The translations under genes and the position numbers were made by a program. Below are positions 60,020-64,000 of a stretch of 64,000 nt of DNA, piece after piece (within the stretch, counting starts at the first letter, position 1; every line of letters starts with the position of its first letter). Below the pieces are notes generated by a model. The model saw nothing but the letters and a program-made list of their open reading frames with translations. It searched no databases and was not told the DNA's origin. Source of the stretch: Candidatus Aminicenantes bacterium (GTDB taxonomy: Bacteria > Acidobacteriota > Aminicenantia > Aminicenantales > JAFGAV01); assembly GCA_963705895.1 (NCBI GenBank), contig OY970122.1, positions 2,914,774-2,978,773 on the forward strand, given 5' to 3'.

Positions 60020-61659
60020 TAGAAGGGCCGCTCCCGGTATTCCCCGAAGACCCTGGTGAGCGTCTCGCTGATCTCGCCCACCGAGGCGTACACCCGCGAG
60101 GCCTCCAGAAGATGGGGGATTAGGTTCTCGGTTCCGGCGGCGGCCTTCTCCAGGACGGCCAGCCGGCTCCGGACGGCCGCGTTGTCCCGCTGCTTCTTGA
60201 TCTCCGCCAGGCCCCGGACCTGGTCGGTCTCGACGGATTCCTCGATTTCCAGGACCGGAATTTCCACCGTTTCCCGGGCGTTGATGAAGTCGTTGACCCC
60301 AACCAGGATCTTCTTCTTGCGGGACAGGGCCAGCTGGTACTGGTAGGCGGCCCGGGTGATCTCGCGCTGGAAAAACCCCTGCTCAATGGCGGGGACCACG
60401 CCACCCAGCTCCTCGATTCTTTGGAAATAGTGCTCCGCCTCGCGCTCCAGGTCGTCAGTCAGCTTTTCGATGTAGTAGGAGCCGCCTAGCGGGTCGATGA
60501 CCTCGGCCACGCCGCTCTCAAAGGCGATGATCTGCTGGGTGCGCAGGGCGATCTCCACGGCTTTTTCCGAGGGCAGGGCCAGGGCCTCGTCCATGGAATT
60601 GGTGTGAAGGCTCTGGCAGCCCCCCAGAACGCCGGCCAGGGCCTCCAGGGCGGTGCGGACGATGTTGATCTCCGGCTGCTGGGCGGTCAGGCTGCAGCCG
60701 GCTGTCTGGACATGGAAGCGGCACAGCCAGGAACGCGGATTCTTGGCTTTGTATTTCTCCTTCATGTGCCGGGCCCAAATCCTGCGGGCCGCCCTCAGCT
60801 TGGCGATCTCCTCGAAGAAGTCCAGGTGGGAGTTGAAAAAAAAGGACAGCCGCGGGGCGAAATCGTCGATGTCCATTCCGGCTCTCAAGGCGTGCTCCAC
60901 GTAGCTGAACCCGTCGGCCAGGGTGAAGGCCAGTTCTTGGGCCGCCGTGGACCCCGCCTCGCGGATGTGGTAGCCACTGATGGAGATAGTGTTCCACTGG
61001 GGCACGCGGTCCGCGCAGAAGGCCATGAGGTCGGTGATGAGGCGCAGGTGCGGTTCGGGCGGGAAGATCCACTCCTTCTGGGCGATATACTCCTTGAGGA
61101 TATCGTTCTGGAGGGTCCCCCGGAGGGCCGCCAAGGGGATGTTTCTTTTCTCAGCGTTGGCCAGGAACATGGTGAAGATCCAGGCTGCCGGAGCATTGAT
61201 GGTCATAGAGGTCGAGATCTTGTCCAGGGGGATGTCGCGGAATAGGCGCTCCATGTCGGCCAGGGTATCAACGGCCACGCCCGTCCGCCCCACTTCGCCC
61301 GCGGACAGGGGATGATCAGAATCCCGGCCGTAGAGCGTCGGGTTGTCGAACGCCACCGACAGGCCCGTCTGTCCCCGGGCCAGGAGGAAATGGTACCGCT
61401 CGTTTGTTTGCCCGGCGGTGCCCATCCCTGAAAATTGGCGCATGGTCCAGAGCTTCCCCCGGTACATCGAGGGATGGATGCCCCGGACATAAGGGTACTC
61501 GCCGGGGAAACCCAGGCGGCTTTCGTAGTCGAAGCCGGCGATGTCATCCGGAGTGTAGAGGGGCTGAAGCTGCCGCCCGGAGATCGAGGAAAACTCAGCG
61601 TCACGCAATTCCGAATTTCGGTATTGTTCTTCCCAGTGTTTTTTAGTGGCGTTGTTCAT
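60016..61659 (-). CDS. Acyl-CoA mutase large (catalytic TIM-barrel) subunit with isobutyryl-CoA mutase-type specificity residues
   Basis: TMRQFSGMGT has Phe where MCM has Tyr89. ILKEYIAQKEWIFPP has Gln where MCM has Arg207. ATGA overlap with the small subunit. Confidence 0.9.
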   Translation of the reverse strand: MNNATKKHWEEQYRNSELRDAEFSSISGRQLQPLYTPDDIAGFDYESRLGFPGEYPYVRGIHPSMYRGKLWTMRQFSGMGTAGQTNERYHFLLARGQTGLSVAFDNPTLYGRDSDHPLSAGEVGRTGVAVDTLADMERLFRDIPLDKISTSMTINAPAAWIFTMFLANAEKRNIPLAALRGTLQNDILKEYIAQKEWIFPPEPHLRLITDLMAFCADRVPQWNTISISGYHIREAGSTAAQELAFTLADGFSYVEHALRAGMDIDDFAPRLSFFFNSHLDFFEEIAKLRAARRIWARHMKEKYKAKNPRSWLCRFHVQTAGCSLTAQQPEINIVRTALEALAGVLGGCQSLHTNSMDEALALPSEKAVEIALRTQQIIAFESGVAEVIDPLGGSYYIEKLTDDLEREAEHYFQRIEELGGVVPAIEQGFFQREITRAAYQYQLALSRKKKILVGVNDFINARETVEIPVLEIEESVETDQVRGLAEIKKQRDNAAVRSRLAVLEKAAAGTENLIPHLLEASRVYASVGEISETLTRVFGEYRERPFY

Positions 61660-62689
61660 GGCCGGTCCTTTTTGTCCTGTGTTGGATTTTAACCTGAGCG
61701 CAGAGCCGACGGATGTAAGGGTATGGAGACCTCCGGTTCTTGGTGAACCTCTCGGCTGCAGCCGGGATTCCTTCTCCGGCCTTGGTCAAGGCCGAAAACC
61801 TGTCCCATAAATTCCGTTGGATCATGTCCCGGATCTCTCTCTCCATGAGCGCGCGTCTCTTTTCATGATATTTACCGGACGTGAGAAGCGCCTGGATTCG
61901 GTTCTCCATCTCCCTGTGGACATCGTCCAGCCCTTCGTCGCGGAGGGCCGATGCGGCCAGGATAGGTGGGACACCTCCGGCCTCCGGCCGGCGGCTGATT
62001 TCGAACATAAAACGGAGGGACTCCAGGAGCGTTTCTGTCCCCGGGAGGTCGGCCTTGTTGATCAGGAACATGTCCGCCGCTTCCAGAATCCCGGCCTTGA
62101 GCGCTTGGATCTCGTCGCCCGTGCCCGGTTGGAGCACGAGAATGAGAAGGTCCACACAGCCGAGGACGTCCAACTCGGCCTGGCCGACGCCGACCGTCTC
62201 GATGAAAATGCGGTTCAGACCGAAGGCGTCGAGAACGTCCGCGACCAGGGGAGTCGCGGGAGACAGGCCGCCGTGCCCTCCGCGCGAAGCGAGCGAGCGG
62301 ATGAAGATATGATCGTCGCCGCTTAGATCCTGCATTCGGACGCGGTCTCCCAGGAATGCGCCGCCGGTGAAGGGGCTGGAGGGGTCGACGGCGATGATGC
62401 CGACAGTCTGATTATGTTGGGCGGCCCGGCGGGCCAAGGCCGCGGTGACGGTGCTCTTCCCGACCCCCGGCGGTCCGGTGATTCCGATGCGAAAGGCGCC
62501 GTTCAGGTGGGGGATCACATGGTCACGAACCTCCGGCCCGATCGTCGGATAATTTTCAATGGCGGTGATCAGGCGCGCGCATGCCAGTCGATTGCCGCGA
62601 AAAAACTCAGTCCATAACTCGGCTGAGATCAACAAACTGGGCTGTTTATTTTTGCCGCGAAAATCCTTCTTCTTGACCTCAGAGATCAT
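61643..62689 (-). CDS. meaB: MeaB/ArgK-type G-protein chaperone for B12-dependent mutases
   Basis: P-loop GPPGVGKST, NKAD G4 motif. Confidence 0.9.
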   Translation of the reverse strand: MISEVKKKDFRGKNKQPSLLISAELWTEFFRGNRLACARLITAIENYPTIGPEVRDHVIPHLNGAFRIGITGPPGVGKSTVTAALARRAAQHNQTVGIIAVDPSSPFTGGAFLGDRVRMQDLSGDDHIFIRSLASRGGHGGLSPATPLVADVLDAFGLNRIFIETVGVGQAELDVLGCVDLLILVLQPGTGDEIQALKAGILEAADMFLINKADLPGTETLLESLRFMFEISRRPEAGGVPPILAASALRDEGLDDVHREMENRIQALLTSGKYHEKRRALMEREIRDMIQRNLWDRFSALTKAGEGIPAAAERFTKNRRSPYPYIRRLCAQVKIQHRTKRTGHEQRH

Positions 62690-62869
62690 TTTGCCACAAA
62701 CGGCCTTTAATAGAATGGTGGTAAAAATATATTCCCCGGATAGGGGCCTGTCAAGGATTTGAACGCGTCCACTACATCCGAGACGCCGAGGTCTTATGAG
62801 ATTGAAGCCAAGAGCGGCAATATTCGGCCGGGGTTAGGTATTCAAGGGTCTGAACTCGTTTTCCATCGC

Positions 62870-62899
62870 CTTGGGCACCTCTCAGCCTTTGGTCTATAA
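62870..62899 (+). promoter_or_regulatory. Possible promoter TTGGGC-N18-TATAAT with a very short leader before mfd
   Basis: TATAAT at 62894-62899; mfd ATG at 62910. Confidence 0.2.
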
Positions 62900-62909
62900 T
62901 AAAAAGCCT

Positions 62910-64000
62910 ATGAGCCTGAATTTCCTCTTCGAGACGGCCGAGTTCAGGCGTCTCACCCAGGCCCTCGAGCAAGGCCGACAGGGGATGACTCTGTCCGGGG
63001 TTTCCGACCCGGCCAAGCCCTACATTCTTTCCTGCCTGGCTCAAAAAATGGGCCGGCCTATGGTCGTTGTCCGGCCCTTCTCAGCCCGCCTGACGGATTT
63101 CGCCGACCGCTGCCGGTTCTTCCTGAGGGAGCTCTCAGGCCGGGCGGACGTGGCCGTTCTCCCGGCCCTCACCTTCGACCCCTATGAGGACATTCCGCCC
63201 TCGCTTGACTCGGTCGCGACGCGGATGAGGTTTTTTTACGAACTACAGGCCAAGAGGCCGGCCCTGATCGTGACCAACCTGCCGGGCCTGCTCAAGCCTT
63301 TCCCGGCGCCCGAGGAGCTCGAATCATTCTTCCTGAGGTTGGAGAAAGGACAGGGATACGAACGCGACAGCCTGCTCCGGCGCCTTTCGGAATTCGGCTA
63401 TGCCCGCGAGGAGCTGGTCGCTTCCCACGGCGAATTCGCCGGCCGGGGCGGGATCGTCGACGTCTTCTCGCCCTGGGAGACCTATCCCTTTCGCATCGAG
63501 TTCAGCGGCGAAGACGTGGTCTCGATCCGGACCTTCGACCCGTCCTCCCAGCGTTCCGTGGAAAGGCGGGACCGGCTTGTCCTGCCCTCGCTCCGGGAAT
63601 TCCCCGGCACGGCCGATTTTTTCCGCGCTTGCCTCGAGGCGGCCCTGAAACGGTCGGGCTCGGCCTACGAGGACGTCGCCTCCAAACAGGCGCTCCTCGA
63701 ACAGGGCGAGGTCTACCCGGCCTTTCACTGTGAGTCCCTCATCCGGGCCGAGCGCTTCGCTTCCTTCGATCGCTACCTGCCCGAGGCGATGTTCGTGGTC
63801 GATGACCTCGATGACGTCGAAACCGAATGGAAGGAATCCCGGGAAGAGCTGGCCCGGGAATACGATGAGCTTCGGTCCAAGCGAAAGTACGGCCTTCCTC
63901 CCGACGAGATTTTTCCGCCCGCGGGCTGGACCAAGATCCGGACGGAGGCGACCCTGTTCCGGACTCTCGTCTCGCCCGGCGACCGCAGCGTCTTCACCTT
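62910..64000 (+). CDS. mfd: Transcription-repair coupling factor, N-terminal (UvrB-homology) region; continues beyond window
   Basis: MSLNFLFETAEF... and ...HGEFAGRGGIVDVFSP, typical of the Mfd N-terminal domain. Runs off the window end. Confidence 0.85.
   Translation, partial: MSLNFLFETAEFRRLTQALEQGRQGMTLSGVSDPAKPYILSCLAQKMGRPMVVVRPFSARLTDFADRCRFFLRELSGRADVAVLPALTFDPYEDIPPSLDSVATRMRFFYELQAKRPALIVTNLPGLLKPFPAPEELESFFLRLEKGQGYERDSLLRRLSEFGYAREELVASHGEFAGRGGIVDVFSPWETYPFRIEFSGEDVVSIRTFDPSSQRSVERRDRLVLPSLREFPGTADFFRACLEAALKRSGSAYEDVASKQALLEQGEVYPAFHCESLIRAERFASFDRYLPEAMFVVDDLDDVETEWKESREELAREYDELRSKRKYGLPPDEIFPPAGWTKIRTEATLFRTLVSPGDRSVFT

Noticed and set aside
62740-62830. GCGTTCAAATCC T-loop-like motif on the minus strand upstream of mfd
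   Set aside because: Could not build acceptor or anticodon stems by eye; probably chance.

Overview
This is a high-GC (about 65%) chromosomal window from a Gram-negative bacterium, densely coded, with long antisense ORFs typical of GC-rich DNA. An Acidobacteria-like lineage is a guess, based on a GloVer-type repeat protein, a b/b' ATP synthase and syntroph-like acyl-CoA metabolism.

Contents, in order:
- Surface-glycan locus (1-9.4 kb): asnB-like amidotransferase (5' partial), two paralogous DPM1/ArnC-like polyprenol-phosphate GT2s, a 707-aa GT-C (PMT/ArnT-like) transferase, a hexapeptide acetyltransferase, an NAD-epimerase and a GT4. A GltP-type symporter is embedded in it.
- Secreted 7x GloVer-like tandem-repeat + DUF11 surface protein (9.5-11.1 kb).
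- Single-domain receiver protein whose phospho-acceptor Asp is replaced by Glu; accD-folC; S8 protease; OMP.
- F1Fo ATP synthase partial operon: b'-b-delta-alpha-gamma-beta-epsilon. No a/c subunits are present and epsilon is truncated.
- TrmN6-like methyltransferase, Wzm/Wzt O-polysaccharide ABC exporter and HldC-type heptose-1-P adenylyltransferase.
- A roughly 4.5-kb lower-GC decayed islet (25.7-30.2 kb): tandem NTF2-like secreted protein, a secreted protein with a partial tandem duplicate, a 5'-truncated frameshifted tyrosine-integrase remnant, and an APC permease with an internal deletion.
- MacB/FtsX-type ABC exporter convergent with a minus-strand operon that I consider the most novel item: a YcdX-like PHP phosphoesterase, a secreted FAM20/four-jointed-like protein kinase homolog, and two tandem NPP/alkaline-phosphatase-family paralogs with near-identical 3' ends.
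- C26 gamma-glutamyl-hydrolase-like protein, M20D amidohydrolase, MBL hydrolase, acetyl-CoA hydrolase/transferase, GNAT.
- Glutaconate-CoA-transferase-like A/B (AibA/B-like) divergent from an archaeal-type HMGCS-thiolase-DUF35 module, followed by MCC-beta, methylglutaconyl-CoA hydratase, split biotin carboxylase/BCCP and isovaleryl-CoA-DH-like ACAD. I read this as a candidate alternative isovaleryl-CoA/leucine pathway.
- Rubrerythrin-like protein.
- Minus-strand operon MeaB-IcmA-IcmB-ACAD-crotonase-3HCDH-thiolase; the mutase has isobutyryl-CoA-type specificity residues.
- mfd (3' partial).

No CRISPR array, rRNA gene or convincing tRNA was found.
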